This document shows positions 25,959 to 39,487 of a stretch of DNA of 64,000 bases, piece by piece. Position 1 is the first letter of the stretch, and each line of letters opens with the position of its first letter. The stretch is taken from positions 2,108,001 through 2,172,000 of the forward strand of contig NC_047071.1 in the NCBI RefSeq assembly GCF_902459465.1. The letters run 5' to 3'. Below the pieces are notes generated by a model. It saw only the letters and a list, made by a program, of their open reading frames with translations, did no database searches and was not told where the DNA came from. The position numbers and the translations under genes are program-made. This stretch comes from Asterias rubens (Eukaryota).

Positions 25959-27431
25959 CAGGTCGCTTCTCAGGGATGGATTTCTTCCGGTAAATTCACC
26001 TTGGACATCAAATACATGGCAATCGATAGTTGGCTGCCGTCTCGGACCAAGTTTGAGACATCTTAACCGCCTTTGGGTCTTGTCCATCTGCCATCACTAT
26101 ACATTTCCAAGTTATAGGACCCAGGGTTCCACAGCCAGAGTTTAATATGGGACATAAATTTGGTTGATGTGGCAGATGCTTGGAGGACTGATGTGCAGTA
26201 GACTATTGAAAGGTTCATATAATTGCAGTTGAAAGACATTCAACTGTAGTGCTATGAAATCAATTTGTTATATGAAACTATAAAGCACACATCAAACATC
26301 CACTCAAGATTGTTACTCAAATGTAAATAAATAACTTTTGATTGGGTATAATTTTTCAAGCTTTTTCTGGATACCTTCCCAAAAACGTTTTTGCTCCTCT
26401 TTTTGCTATAAATGGATATACTTTTGTTTGTACTTTTTAATGCCTCTGACAAAGTCTGGTTTAGATTGAAAGCTAAGATCATCTACCCTACTATTTTTGC
26501 TTCATTTATGTACTTAATCAAGTTGGCACAGAAATACTAAACAATGAATAAATATAAAATATAAATTATACAGAATACAGCGCTGACAGTGCTTGCAGAA
26601 ACTTTTTTTAATCTCTTAATCAGAGACCCTGTTTTATAGCATCAGATGTTACCAAAGCACATCACGGACATTTTGATCCTTTGAAGTTTTTTAGAAGTTT
26701 ATTAAGCCATTATAAATTGATGAGCATTTGTTTCAAGCAGCGCATCAAGACACAAGTGTGTGTTTTATAGACTACATGTACATGTAGAAGGGGATTCTTT
26801 CTGGCACCAGAGCAATTAAATTATTGAGGGGACCTTGTGAGATGCTAATAGGACACAGGTGTCTTATAGTCATTCACCTTCTAGGACGCGGGCGACTACA
26901 GTTGCTTGCGACTTTTTTTTAATGCTTGAATAAGGTCAAATCATTTTAATGTGAACTGCATTGCAAACCAAGCCAAAGAAAGAAAATCCTCTTTTTGAAG
27001 CTGCTTTAATTATTTGTAATCAGCTTATTTCACTCATTGTATATTTTTATTGGTCTCTTTATGCGCTTAGAGTTTTTTTTTTGCGGCACTTTACAAATGT
27101 CTTTATTATTATTATAATGGGATATCTGGTCAAACTTAAGAAGTGGGGCGTTAAATTTGACCGTTACAAATTAGTATTCAAGAGATTAGTATTCATCAAA
27201 AAATCTGATTTGTATTCGTGTTGTACAGTCCTCTAAAAACAACAAAAGGTTTTTTCTTCCTAAAACAACCTAGAACGCTGATTTTGTGTGAGGGCCAATA
27301 CGTGCCAATCTGATTCAAGAATGCATGAGTTTCAGCAAAGACTGCCTTGGACTGCTTTGGCAACCGGCAGCCACTTCTACCTTTCTTTCATTCCGTCGAA
27401 CAATTGCATTATCCTGTTTTTCTTTCCCTCG

Positions 27432-27445
27432 GTTTCTATGGCAAC
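27432..27445. promoter_or_regulatory. RFX X-box
   Basis: GTTTCTATGGCAAC is an exact match to GTYNCY-AT-RGNAAC; a possible splice donor gag|gtatcc follows at 27487/27488. Confidence 0.45.
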
Positions 27446-29074
27446 GAGATACTCCTTCAACTCATAGTCCCTCGTAGTGGCAGTGAGGTATCCATCAAAT
27501 TTTCTCTTGTGGTGTGTTTTGTTTGTTGTCAGTGACGTTGTGGGTTGTGGGGAATATAAAAGAAATCAAGTTGAGGTTTACGATTGAGAATTTCATTTCG
27601 TGATAATTTGGGGTTGTCCAAAATGAAGGGTTATACATGTAGTAACATCCTGTATGCCATGGTTCTGCCGCTGTGTAGCACAATGGAGCTACCGGTTTAA
27701 TTCAATGGACTTCAGTTTGTAAATCTCAAGATTCAGAGTAGATCTTTGTCTTAACTTGGTACAGTCTTGAAGCTTTAGTTCTAGTTATCAGAAACCAATT
27801 GGCTTTTATTCTCAAACGAGCTATTCATATACCTTGTGTCAGAGGAATTAAGCAAAATGTCAAAAAACACGCTATTTTTACCAATTCTATTTATACAAAA
27901 CACAAAGAAAAGATGATCTCCTAATTGAAAGAGAACAATCATTCAAGCCATGAGAACATTTTCAAGAACTACTTATCTGCGTTTGTGTTTTCAGCCTTTA
28001 CCTTAAAAAACAGAGATTAAAAACTGTCCACATTTTTTATATTGTTTTATTGTTTTTTTTTAGTAGTTGTTCCTGTCAACATAGATTTGATGGCATAGAT
28101 CGTTCTTTTATAGCTTTCAGATGGTAAGCGGCAGCCCCAGCCTCTCGAATGGTTTAAATGGGCGCACACTTGACCCTCCCTACTGACGGTAATTACTGTT
28201 ACACGTGTACATATTTATAGTATTTCCTCAGAGTACTCATTCTCATTGATATTAAATATTACATTTCACATCAATGACTGACATCTGGGGGAAATTGAGA
28301 GCGAACACATCTGTAATCGTTGTGGATTTTCCTGATGAAGCCTCAATTCAGACAAAATTTGTGCATCATGGGTACAAAGTAACTTGATGTGTGTTTAAAG
28401 GTGGTCAAGTGGTAAGTTTGCAGGACTTGCAGTCTCAAAGTTGTGGGTTCATGTTGACTGGTTAGTGATTGCAAAGCTCCTAAAATATTGCTTTCTGGTA
28501 ATTTTCTTATTGCATTTTTTTCAAAATGCCAAATGCTTTCTGCTCAAGGTAGTGTTCCAAGCAAAACGTGGCATCCCATTATTTCCGGCATATTTCAAGA
28601 ACAACCACAATAACTTGTCTATAGCGCAGATTTCTTATTTAGTTAGGTCGCTTTCACTTTGTAAAGCTCCTTTTAAAAATGCAAGGTTAATTTAATGAAG
28701 GAAATCATGCTCATTCCTTATTTGATTATGAAAGCATATTTTAGGTCGTTCTTTTTTTTAAGGTCACGCTCTCCACTTACTGGGTAAGAATGTCAGGGGA
28801 AAAACAACTGTGGTGAGAAATATTGGAATGGTGATGTTCTACAATAGGTTCAAATGTATATAACCTGCATGAACAGGTTCTTGCCATTTGAATGTGGGAA
28901 TAAAACACCAAACCACATTTCACAATACGTATTCCTTTTTGTAAAATGATTGAAAAGTGGATCATATTTTGTCGACAAAGAAGCCCTATGTGTACTTTAA
29001 TGTTAATTGTAAATAAGACCATCCTCCTTAATTATGTATTGGAGCAATTTAGCTTAAAAGTCCTCATGAGTTCA

Positions 29075-29432
29075 AGAAACATTACAGAATTGGTAAGAAA
29101 AAAACTTGTCTAAGATCACAGATTTACCTAAAACTAACACGGGCTATGATGATGATAGTAGAAAACATCCCTTGAAATATTTCTGTCTGAAATGTCATAT
29201 TTTATGGGAAATTGATAAAACTAATTTCCCGTTTAGAGTTTATCGCTTTATTCATTTTTTTTTTAAATTGATGTATTGCAAAATGTGTAATCAGTTTTTC
29301 ACAATGTTCTCCTGACCCAGATGGTCGATCGATCTAAAACTTCTACAGGTTTGACAGTTTATGTAGATTAAATAAAGTCCTTACACTGCCAGCCACTGTT
29401 TTGTTAGCAAAAACTAATTCTGTTATGTTCCT
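29075..29432. mobile_element. Kolobok-like MITE family G, full length
   Basis: TIRs agaaacattacagaattggt / actaattctgttatgttcct, flanked by ttca / TTAA. Confidence 0.85.
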
Positions 29433-30079
29433 TTAAACAAAGTACAACATATTATAATATGCGATCATGTCTGGTTGCCATGTGAGTGTTACGACTTTCG
29501 CAAGGATATAATTCACATGTAATGTTCATTTGAGGGATACCATTCAGTAAACAATCAGTCTTACAATACATGGAGATAGAGAACGCGCTGCTGCTAATCA
29601 ATGTGGTTAAAAATTCATGCAAACCAAGCGTGATCATCAATAGACAGTCATAGTTTTTTTTACTGACATATGGATGATGCATTGTTTCCCCTGATGGGTT
29701 GTCCCTACACACAAGAAGGCTAATGGTGAAGCTAGACAACAAACAAGCATGCCCGGGTAACTTTATAATTCAACTCATTTTTCATTCAGAACATCATGTC
29801 CTGATGACCCAGAAACTAGTTGTGTGTGTGTGTGAATATTTGCTGATTGAATTTTGCACCACTTAGAAGACCAAAAGCTTGACAGGTTCCTTGTGATTAA
29901 AATCTCTGTGGGATACAACAGGCTGTTTTGTATATGTGTGTTTCAAGTGGTAGATGCTAAAACTCATTAGATGATGCGAGGTGTGGAGTAATGGTTGCAT
30001 TGATGAGGGGTCAAGAGCCCACTCCCTGATGTCTTCTGAGATGTTTTAGTGAAAATGTCTTGAGCTTATATTGTTTGGT

Positions 30080-30185
30080 GGTCTACTGAGTTGGTAAGAC
30101 ATCTGCTCTAGAATGGAAAACGCACTTGTAGGTTTTGAATCCCATCAGAGTAATGCCTGTGGATTTTTATGTTCGCAGGACACTT
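30080..30185 (+). mobile_element. tRNA-derived SINE family S1, degenerate 5' part
   Basis: agttggtaagacatctgctctagaat...ttttgaatcccatcagagtaatgcctgtg. Confidence 0.55.
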
Positions 30186-31044
30186 TAAAATAATTTTTTT
30201 ATTTCACTGAGAACTTAGGCCTATGTGTGAAGTTTCGTTTTCATGAATGCAAAGAGTCCAACAGGAGAGCAGCCTATACATAGCTCTCCTATTGTATCTC
30301 TTAAAATAAAAGACTGCCTTTAATAAGAAATTTCTGCTTTTAAGTATCGTAGAAAACACAATTTTCCCAGCTGCTTTGGATAAAGTAAACCCTTTGTAAG
30401 TAACCCGACAACAGGATACATCTTGAAAGACTCGGAAAAACAAAAGTGAAACTGAAGCATACAGAAATCCTTTAAGCAGTATTCACGCAGGGTTGAGAGC
30501 ATATCAATTACTAAGTGCCAAAACAGGTATGCTCAAAAGGTTACTGTTTTATACAACTTGGAATTGGATAAGTAATACTTTCTTCCATGTAACTGTATCT
30601 TCTGGTAAAACTCTTGTGAGCATCCATAACTCATTGGGTTAATGGCATCCTTGGTGATGCTACAAAAACTTTAGTCTGAATGAAATTTTGTGAAGGAGTG
30701 GGGTTTTTTTTTATCATGGATTACACAGTGAGAGAAAAAAGTAGAATATGGTTGTAGTAAACATTCTTCAAACTGGGTCATGTATGTATTTGTTCTTCTT
30801 GAACAACTTGGGAGGGCGAGATCAAATTCATATAGGCCTATAGGTCATCTGGGGTCAGATAAATGATGATGTATAGCAACCTCATTCCCAGGGGTGATCA
30901 ATCTCGTCACACCATATGCTTATCCATGCATGCCTTGCTTGTTCATAACCCCTGGCATTTAGTTAATTTAAATGTGCTAATTTATGGCAAACTTTAATTA
31001 GTTATGTGCTCAATCACAAGAGGCATCAAGTCTAAGAGCAACTG

Positions 31045-31190
31045 AGCCCAATTTCATAAAGCCTGTAAGCACAAAAACTTGCTAAGCACAGAAAAAACAT
31101 TGCATAATAGAAATGGGTTACCATCAGCCAAATTACATTAAGTTTACATTGTTGTGACTGGTGTCCCACTCAATCTTTTCTGCTTAACAC
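31045..31190. mobile_element. Harbinger-like MITE family C variant, truncated
   Basis: ctg|agcccaatttcataaagcctgtaagcac; directly followed by the 31201 copy. Confidence 0.65.
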
Positions 31191-31200
31191 CTGACCTCCG

Positions 31201-31444
31201 GGCCCAATTTCATAGAGCTGCTTAAGCAAACAAATTTGCTTAAGCACGGAAATAGCTTGCTTATTTTACACATGTTACTGGACAAAATTTCATGACATAT
31301 ACATTGCTTGTGACTGGTATTAAGCTGTTGTTTACTTAGCATAACAATTGAGTGGAGTCTTGGCCGGTAATCCAATTTTACTAAGCACAATTTTGTTTTG
31401 CTTAAGCATAATTTTTTGCTGAAGCAGCTCTATGAAATTGGGCC
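31201..31444. mobile_element. Harbinger-like MITE family C, full length
   Basis: Perfect TIRs GGCCCAATTTCATAGAGCTGCTT / AAGCAGCTCTATGAAATTGGGCC, flanked by ccg / ctg. Confidence 0.85.
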
Positions 31445-31721
31445 CTGGTCTCCTCATTAGCATTTTGACCCTCGCATACTTAAACATCCTTATATCACAG
31501 ACTAAGGACAGCGTCTTTGCACTCTGAAAGCTCTTGCAAGTTTTTACCAAGCGTACATGTGAAGTAATCACCGTTGGAAGCCAATTAGCATCGTTAGTGG
31601 GTTCATCCCTACTAAAGGGGAGGGTTAGTGATGAGAGGTATCAATGCAGCGTACTGCCAACGGTAATGTGGCTGTGTTTTTTGTAGGTTAATGGGAACTC
31701 AATGTCATCAGGGATCATCTG

Positions 31722-31830
31722 GGCCCAATTTCATGAAGCCTGGGGATAGCACAGAAGTGTGCTAAGCAGAGAATATTATTGCCTAGCAGAAACGGTTAGC
31801 AATCAAAAATACATTAAGTTTGCATTGTTG
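31722..31830. mobile_element. Harbinger-like MITE family C variant, left end
   Basis: ctg|ggcccaatttcatgaagcctg; body similar to the 31045 copy. Confidence 0.6.
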
Positions 31831-34800
31831 TGGATTTATGAAAATTTAGGAAGGATGTCAGAGAAAAGGTGTTATTATTTTTATTTTATTTGTTATACTT
31901 ACTTCATTTAACAAATGTTTCTTTTTTTTAGCAAGATGGGTTTATGTATGAAAAGGTTTTTTAGTTTGCTGCAATTATATACTATTGCTAAACCATAACA
32001 TTATAAATCATGACTTGATGAATACAAAGTAAGTACAAGGGAAAGTATATTTCACCATAGTTATTGAGAACTATTTAGAATGTCTTTGTCTCCAAAAGAG
32101 AACATTACAAAATGGTGAGGTAGCGTACCACCTAGCAAGATGCTGTTTAAATGGGTCTTTCATTATGAATATAAAAATAGAAATCTTTGCATTATTCAGG
32201 GTAAAATTCATGATAAACACATTCTTTTCAAAAAGAAAGGCCACTGCTCTTTGGGAAGTTTTTCTTTTTAATTCAATTTTGGGAACAGAAGTTGAGTTTT
32301 TTTTTTTTTTTGCAATAATTGGAAGCGCAGAGGCAAGGATAGGCATGCAGTCATAATAATTGTCAAATGGAGTCTGAGGCATTGTATGATCACCATGACT
32401 GTACACTTCATTTAGTTTATCACGCTCCAACGGAAAGCAATTTCTTCTTGCACCTCAAAGCCATCTTTATTGAGTTTCTGCAACAATCGCTTTGGCAGGG
32501 AAAATATACCCATCCGTTACATTATTGCATTGGGGAGTAGCTGTAAGCTTAGAAATAAGCTTGAACTTGGTAATGTGTAATGTGTGACTACCTGGCACTT
32601 ACATGTTCGGTACAAAGAATGCAGTTGACAACTTTAATAAATCATTCTTTATTTTGAGTTTATACATCTTCGGGGAGGTGTTTTACCTCAAGTGTTTTAT
32701 TAGTTATTTATGCTGAATGTTGATTATTCTCACTGCCATTTTGTGTATGGCAAATGGTTTTTTAATTCCATTCAAAGTAAATAAATCTGGAGTGTTATCA
32801 CTCAGCGTCAGCGCCAGCACGGGATGATTCTGAAGTTGACAAATGTATATTTGTATTTGGCAATTGACTTATAGTTTGTTGCAAGTTCGCATTCCCTAGA
32901 CCTTTGGCTCTTGATGTCTAATAATTAGGACCAAGCTCTGCACGTGTGTCTTCAATTTAATTACATTTGCCTTTTAGTTGAGTGGCATTAGTACATTTAG
33001 CATGACACTGAATAGCCGAGCCTGTTATCCAATCTAAATTAAATCAAACAGAAATAGCAAACTGACTGAATACCAACACAGCATCTTCCAGTCGTCATCT
33101 CAAGACCCTGGACATTGTCGAGACCCACCGTCTCCCCAAGATTGACATTACGAGCAGATTTCCAACTCAAATTTCAAAACGTTGTCATCCTATCTCGCCA
33201 GGTCTGGCGAACGTCCTAATAAACACGACTTGACATGCAGTTCAATTCATCAAGCCCAATGAAAAAAGATTTGCCCGTGTGACCCACAGGCTTTCCGATA
33301 ACAAAAATAGCCATCAAGCTCCTTGGAGAGGGAGTCCGGAGTTCGTGCTTTTATTATTAAATATTACGTGTGTATTATCCAATGTTAAAGACTGATGTAC
33401 GTTGAGTATCTTTAGCCTGAGGTGTGTTTTCACAGATGCTTTCAGAGGTAACATGATTGCCATTTGATATATTTGATTTATCAGTTCTCCTTGTGAGTGC
33501 CATTAAAAAGTAGCCAAGGAACAAAGTGTGACAGGTTTAATTGTTATCAGGAGATAATTGCTTGAAAGGATGTACACGTTTTGGTGTAGTGCAACAAAGG
33601 AACAACCCACAATATTTTGTGGCAACTTCTTTGGAAATTTTAGTATTCACAGCCTTTTGGACAGTATTTTACAAATTCCTACAAATCCGGGAGAAATAGA
33701 ATAATAATATCTGTTTAAACAGCTTGATATTGTGGAGTGAGTGGAAGAAGCAACTGAAACATCTTGTTAATTTTGCTTTGTCTGAAATAGTTTCTTTACA
33801 AAAATAAATTAGTGTATGAAAAGGGTATACCTTAACCACAATAAGCTTATTTTCTGTACAAAACAACAAAACTATCTTGATTAAAAAAGTCTTAATATTA
33901 TGTCAACCTCCCACTATCAAATAACTTTTGATTTGAAGAAAGGGGGGAACACCTCAAAACCAAGTTCACATATATGTGGAGATTGTGACACAAAATGTAA
34001 AATTTCCCATATGACTTGTGTAGTATTATGCCTGCCAGGAAATGCCCTGGAGCGTACAAGTCACTCTTGTTGTAACCAAAGGTTACATGGTCAGTTGTAT
34101 TGTAGTAGCTATTGCAGAACTCTGATCAAATTTCCCACAGGGCCTTTTTTGTAATGTAAAACATATGCAAGAAACAAACTCACAAGTATGATGATTCTTT
34201 CTGATGTATTTCCACCTTAAGATTGAAGTAGTGCTAAGTTTGGACGATTGGGTATCACATTTAACCTTTCAGTAGGTCAAGATTTTGACTTTGTTTCTCT
34301 TATTTCTGGGTTTTGTTACTTCATGTCTGTATCTGACAATGTGGAGAGATAGCTGATTTAGCTCAGATTTCAAGCCTTTTTGTTTGTTAAATTTTGATGT
34401 TACTGAACATTAAAGAAATCATATTTTTGGGGTTTTTGGTTCTGTTCCGTTGTTTTTTAAATCCTATTCATGGAGCGGCCATCAACACTGCTGAAAAGCA
34501 AAGCCAGGGCAGCTGGATGGCTTGCTGGTAATTCTTATAAGCAGATACAGATGAGAAATGCATCAATGCAAATTAATTTATTTTGAATGCAAACAGACAA
34601 GTCCTGTCAAATCTTCTCTTGTGGAAGATGCTCATGCTTACATGTTTTTCTGCTACACTAAGCACAAAAAATAATGTTCTTGCTGGTATAGACAGCTTTA
34701 AAAAATTGAGCCCTAGCTGTGTTGTGCTTTCTGTATTAAAGGCTTTTTGTCAAAAGTTTATGTCGCAGGTTATTTACATAGTTGATATTATGAATAGATC

Positions 34801-37048
34801 GGAGAGTTTAGGAGGGTACCAAAATGATGATCATTGTATAAACACCCACATAGATCTTATCAATTCATATTTCATAAATGTATGCATCGCTGACGCTGAC
34901 AAAGATTCTCGCTAAGTGATGATTCTAAAAAAAAAATAATACAGTTGGGGATTAAATAATTGTCTGTAGTTAAATATCTTGAAGTACATGTAGATGCATC
35001 ATGTTTGTTTTTAACACTGGACTATTTATGTGTATATTATTATCTCTGCGTTGACATGAGGATTGCATGGTTACTTTTTTTAGTTGTGACTTTGTTTTGT
35101 CTTAACCATGTTTGAAAATGGACATTATAATGCAGTTCAACTAACCCCTGATGTTGAGGTTGGCAAATTTGCAATTGCACTTTTTTAAAGTATATGTAGA
35201 TGTGTTTTTTGAGGAGGCGTTGTAAACTTCGACTAAGGAACCTATTTATAAAGTCAACAATTGAAATCTGAAATGAACATCCCATAATAGATTTTTTAAG
35301 TCACAGGCTTTATAAAATGAAACGAGGGTCTGAATTGCATGATTCTGCCTCAGAGCAACCCAACTAAGCTTGTGCTGTTAATTGCCATCCACTTTCATTC
35401 CGGCCGGGAATGTAAGGTATACAGCGTGTATCTCTTAAACAAATCTTGAAAGAAATACGGAGCGGGGAATATTACTCAATTTCAATAGATTCCCAAGATG
35501 CCGTCAAGATTGAGAAAGACTTGGTGCAATTCATGTTTTATTTCTAAGGATTTTCTCTTTGGTATAATAATATTATCATCGAGCACTGGGATTTCTATGC
35601 TTTGATATGCCTTTGATATAGGAGCACTTTTGCCTCTGAATCCTCGGATTGAATTGATGTTCACTGACGTATGAGTGACATTTAATCAATCGTGCTTTTG
35701 GTCTGTCCCCACCTTAAATTGCACTTTTTTTAAAGTTTTTATTTAAAGGTGGGGTATAAATGTAGATGTACTTTTTTGGAGAGGCACTGTAAGCTATTTA
35801 TACAATCAAAATTTATTATAGACTTTGCTAATTTGGTGAGCAAGTTAGTGTGATGTATATAATGCATACACCAATCAACACTGTACGGTTGCAACTTGGT
35901 AAACTTAAACTGTTTAGTTTGTGTTATTTGACACCTTGGGTTAACAGTTGAGGATTCATCTGCAATTTGACATGGTTATTTTGGCAAGATAAATGGAACA
36001 GGGACAAAGACCTTTTTGGAATGAGGACCTTTTTGACTAGGTTCCTAGTAGGATTTGGTAGCCTATAAATATGAGATCTTTCTTTTGCATGCTGTGATAA
36101 AATGAAATAATAATAATAATAATAATAATAAGACTTGTAATGCGCACATATCCACCCTGCTGGGTGTTAAGCTGATGTTTTGTCTTGTCTCATCAGTGAT
36201 GAGATGGGTAGTTCTATTGTCTGTTTACTCAACTTGCTGAAGACATTCATTAGTTTGTTTGTTTGCATGATCACACATTAGTCCATTGTCAATATGGGGA
36301 GACTAATTACATCTCTCAGACAAATCAAATGATGATTTTTTTATGACTCAGTGCTTATACACACTCATAAATTATCAGGCTTTCACAATTGTCAATTGTT
36401 CATACAATGACCTGCAGTGACGTCATTGGCCTTACATATATGGCTGTGTTTTGATTACCATAGCAACCCAACACTTTTTCCCTTGTTTTTGATGTTGATG
36501 CTGTTCAAGACGAGAATCTTAGGCATATGCCACCTGCTTCCCTTGTGGTCTTTGAAGTGTCACTCTAATGTCTCAACATTATACCACCCAGATTTGGACA
36601 GCACTCAGCAGATGTACATCAGCCTGGGCAGTACCTTTTAACACATTGTGTTCAGTTGAAACGTCGATTGCCCATGGTGGCACAATGCATTGTACGCACA
36701 TCCCCAAATCACACTTAAAGATACCTTGTTATTAACGGTCACCTCTAAGAAATGCGTTCTTCATTATTATACAATTTCCTCCCACCCTCAAAATAAGAAA
36801 CCATTCGATATTTTGTCTGCACCGTAGTGCTCAGATGCAAATAAATCCACCTACGCACCGGGGGCATTTTGTATGGTTGTATGGAATTGTACAAGACACC
36901 TGTTAATGATATTATAAATACTTTCTAATTTACCATTTCCTGGAGGAAATAATTTAGTTTGAGAGAATAATAACAGGAGCTTTATAATAAAGGAGTACTT
37001 TCTTTGTCTCCTTTCAAACACCATTTTATCATGGGGTTAGAGATTTAA

Positions 37049-37402
37049 AGGCAGTGGACACTATGGTAATTACTCAAAATAATTATCATCATAAAACCTC
37101 ATTTGGTAACGAGTAATGGGGAGAGGTTGATAGTATAAAACATTGTGAGAAACAGCTCCCTCTGAAGTACAGGTTTTCGAGAAAGAAGTAATTTTCCACG
37201 AATTTGATTTCGAGACTTCGAAATCAAGCATCTGAAAGCACACAACTTCGTGTGACAACGGTGTTTTTTTCTTCCATAGTTATCTCGTAACTCCAACGAC
37301 CAATCGAGCTCAAATTTTCACAAGTTTGTTATTTTATGCATATGACGGGAACACCAAGTGAGAAGACTGGTCTTTGACAATTACCAAAAGTGTCCGTTGT
37401 CT
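37049..37402. mobile_element. Kolobok-like MITE family A, full length
   Basis: TTAA|AGGCAGTGGACACTATGGTAATT ... aattaccaaaagtgtccgttgtct|ttac. Confidence 0.9.
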
Positions 37403-37573
37403 TTACAAAAAAATTATCAATCTTATAAGGACCTATCAATTGGAAAATGAGTGTATCCCCAAAAATATTTAAACTAAGGTGCTCTTTCATTAAAATATAA
37501 TAATCCTTTAATTTACATTAAGATGAGACTCAAATATCTCAAAGAACATTTTGCACCGCCGAAATTTTACTTT

Positions 37574-37808
37574 GATTTTTGGGGGTTGAACAAAGAATTG
37601 ACTAGAGTGGGATTCGAACCAACGACCTCCGGATTAACATGCCGGTGCTCTACTAACTGAGCTATCTAGCCCTATATTGGCGGTGTCCCTATTTTGTCAA
37701 TATCTTTGTTCGGGGGTGCCAGTCAGAAGCCATACAACCGTTAACTGCCGTGTAGTCAGGGATCACACCCAAATTACGATACAAATTGGGAAGCGGCAGC
37801 CAGGGGAT
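37574..37808. mobile_element. tRNA-containing retroposon-like insertion (family S2) with 13-bp TSD
   Basis: Perfect direct repeat GAAATTTTACTTT at 37561-37573 and 37809-37821. Confidence 0.8.
37599..37671 (-). pseudogene. tRNA-Asn(GTT)-like cloverleaf inside the S2 element (probably not a functional tRNA)
   Basis: GGCTAGA TA GCTC AGTTAGTA GAGC A CCGGC ATGTTAA TCCGG AGGTC GTTGG TTCGAAT CCCAC TCTAGTC A, 73 nt. Acceptor and D stems are intact, with single mismatches in the anticodon and T stems; A32 and loss of the D-loop GG are non-canonical. Confidence 0.65.
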
Positions 37809-38502
37809 GAAATTTTACTTTCCTATAATCGCTCATAATAGGCAGAAAAAATAATATAAACATTTCACTGAGCAGTTTTCTTCACACAATTTTGTGTTAC
37901 TGCTAACCACAGGTTGAAATAAGTAAACATTTTTGTCTGAAGGTTCTATCCAAGAGGAGTTATGCACTCCGATAAGCTTCCCAAATACTGAGATGAAGTT
38001 ATGCCGACATGGATGTTTTTTTAATATTGACGTTTTGCCGACAATGTTATCCCCTCACAATGAACCAAGTATATTCAAAGCTGTGAATTCTTTATGTGCA
38101 TACAGATTGATAATTTTAGACAACTAGGAAAACTAGAACTCCTCTGTATTGAGGAAACAGCCAGAATTGATTTCTGCGAGGCTATTATTTTCCTATTTAT
38201 TTATGTATTTGATAACCAACAATGGATAACCGCCACTTACAGGTATCATTTAAAAAGATGAAAAAAATAACAGATAAAACTATGGAAAAATATTTTATAT
38301 AAGTTGAACATTGTTACACCATAATGGAAAAATGTATACATTCTGTTGAATAACCATCCAGTCTGCTACCTTGCCATAGCTTGCAGTAGTGTGCATACGT
38401 CCTCAGCACGAGTCCTCAGCATGAGTTTGCAGACTGCATCTTAAACAGCAGTTTACTTTACTCTTTACTTATCTTCATCTTTTTGTCTCTCTCATCCTAC
38501 AG

Positions 38503-38733
38503 CTCTGACAAATCTGATACTTCAACTTCAACGAGTTTGCAATTAACTATCCACACCGACACTCCAATTGCAAACTCCAGCTGAGGAAAGAGTGTACACT
38601 CCGCTGAAATGCGTTTCCATGAAACGCGTCAAGAGCAGACCATTGCTTCTTAATCAGTTGTCGTGGCAACCATCCTGTGGACTTGTATGAGTGGCACATT
38701 GAATTCATCAGCAGTTTTTTGTTTCGGTTTATC
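38503..38733 (+). other. 5'UTR part of the first coding exon of the orphan membrane-protein gene, with three uORFs
   Basis: Strong acceptor (ctctttacttatcttcatctttttgtctctctcatcctacag) and in-frame stops upstream of ATG 38734. uATGs at 38609, 38619 and 38687. Confidence 0.65.
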
Positions 38734-38782
38734 ATGATGGACTTGAAGGATAACATAACAACGGCAGTGCCACCTCCCGAAG
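38734..38782 (+). CDS. Orphan type III single-pass membrane protein, coding exon 1 (MMDLKDNITTAVPPPE)
   Basis: ATG ... gaag|gtaaac donor, phase 1, matching the next exon; N-glycosylation sequon NIT. Confidence 0.75.
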
Positions 38783-39487
38783 GTAAACACGAGTTACGTG
38801 TCTGTCGCTCTCTGAGACCTTTTTTGAACCAAAAGTTTGTCTCGACTGATCTTTTGCTCTTAAGATTGCTTGCTAGCTCGAGGCAGTTCAAATCCTATAA
38901 TTTAGCAGTGGGTAGGCCTACTGCAACAATATAATAGACAACAATGCTCCTAAGATATAAGGTGATTGAACCAGTGCATCTTCAAAAACATAGCTCCACA
39001 TTACCTTGTAGTAAAGAACTGAATATTGAAGTTTCTCGAGCGTCACTTAGTGACGGGTATGAGCACTATATAAGAAGCCACTATTATTATTAATAACACT
39101 ATTTGGCTACACAAGTCACAACTGAGTAAGCATGATCAGATGTGTTAGCAGGTTTTTGACTTCATAAATATGTGGGGATACATTTATAAGCTTTCCAAGT
39201 GCACACGCTTTATCTTTCCAGGTTCGTCGCTGGACAAATCTGAATTTGTACTTTTTTTGACTGTTACTATTGAAACAAAACGTGAAGTCTATAGGGAAAC
39301 CCAAATCATGATCCCTGTGGTTTAGTGGATTTTCCTATCAAGCATTGCCCATAGTACAATCTGATTAGATTTCCATCTATTGCTTTTTGGCTGCAGTGGA
39401 TAAAAATGAGCATAGCAACAGCCATGGTTTTGTCTTCATGCTTGTTAAAATTTCAATGTTCCCTATCCTCTTTAACTTCTCCCCTAG

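Noticed and set aside
36190-36245. GTGATGA ... CTGA resembling a C/D-box snoRNA (also 16017-16101)
   Set aside because: Spacing is too short or the terminal stem is absent, and there is no recognisable rRNA/snRNA guide sequence.
37599-37671. Functional tRNA-Asn gene
   Set aside because: Embedded in a TSD-flanked repeat with degenerate paralogs; non-canonical A32, lost D-loop GG and stem mismatches.
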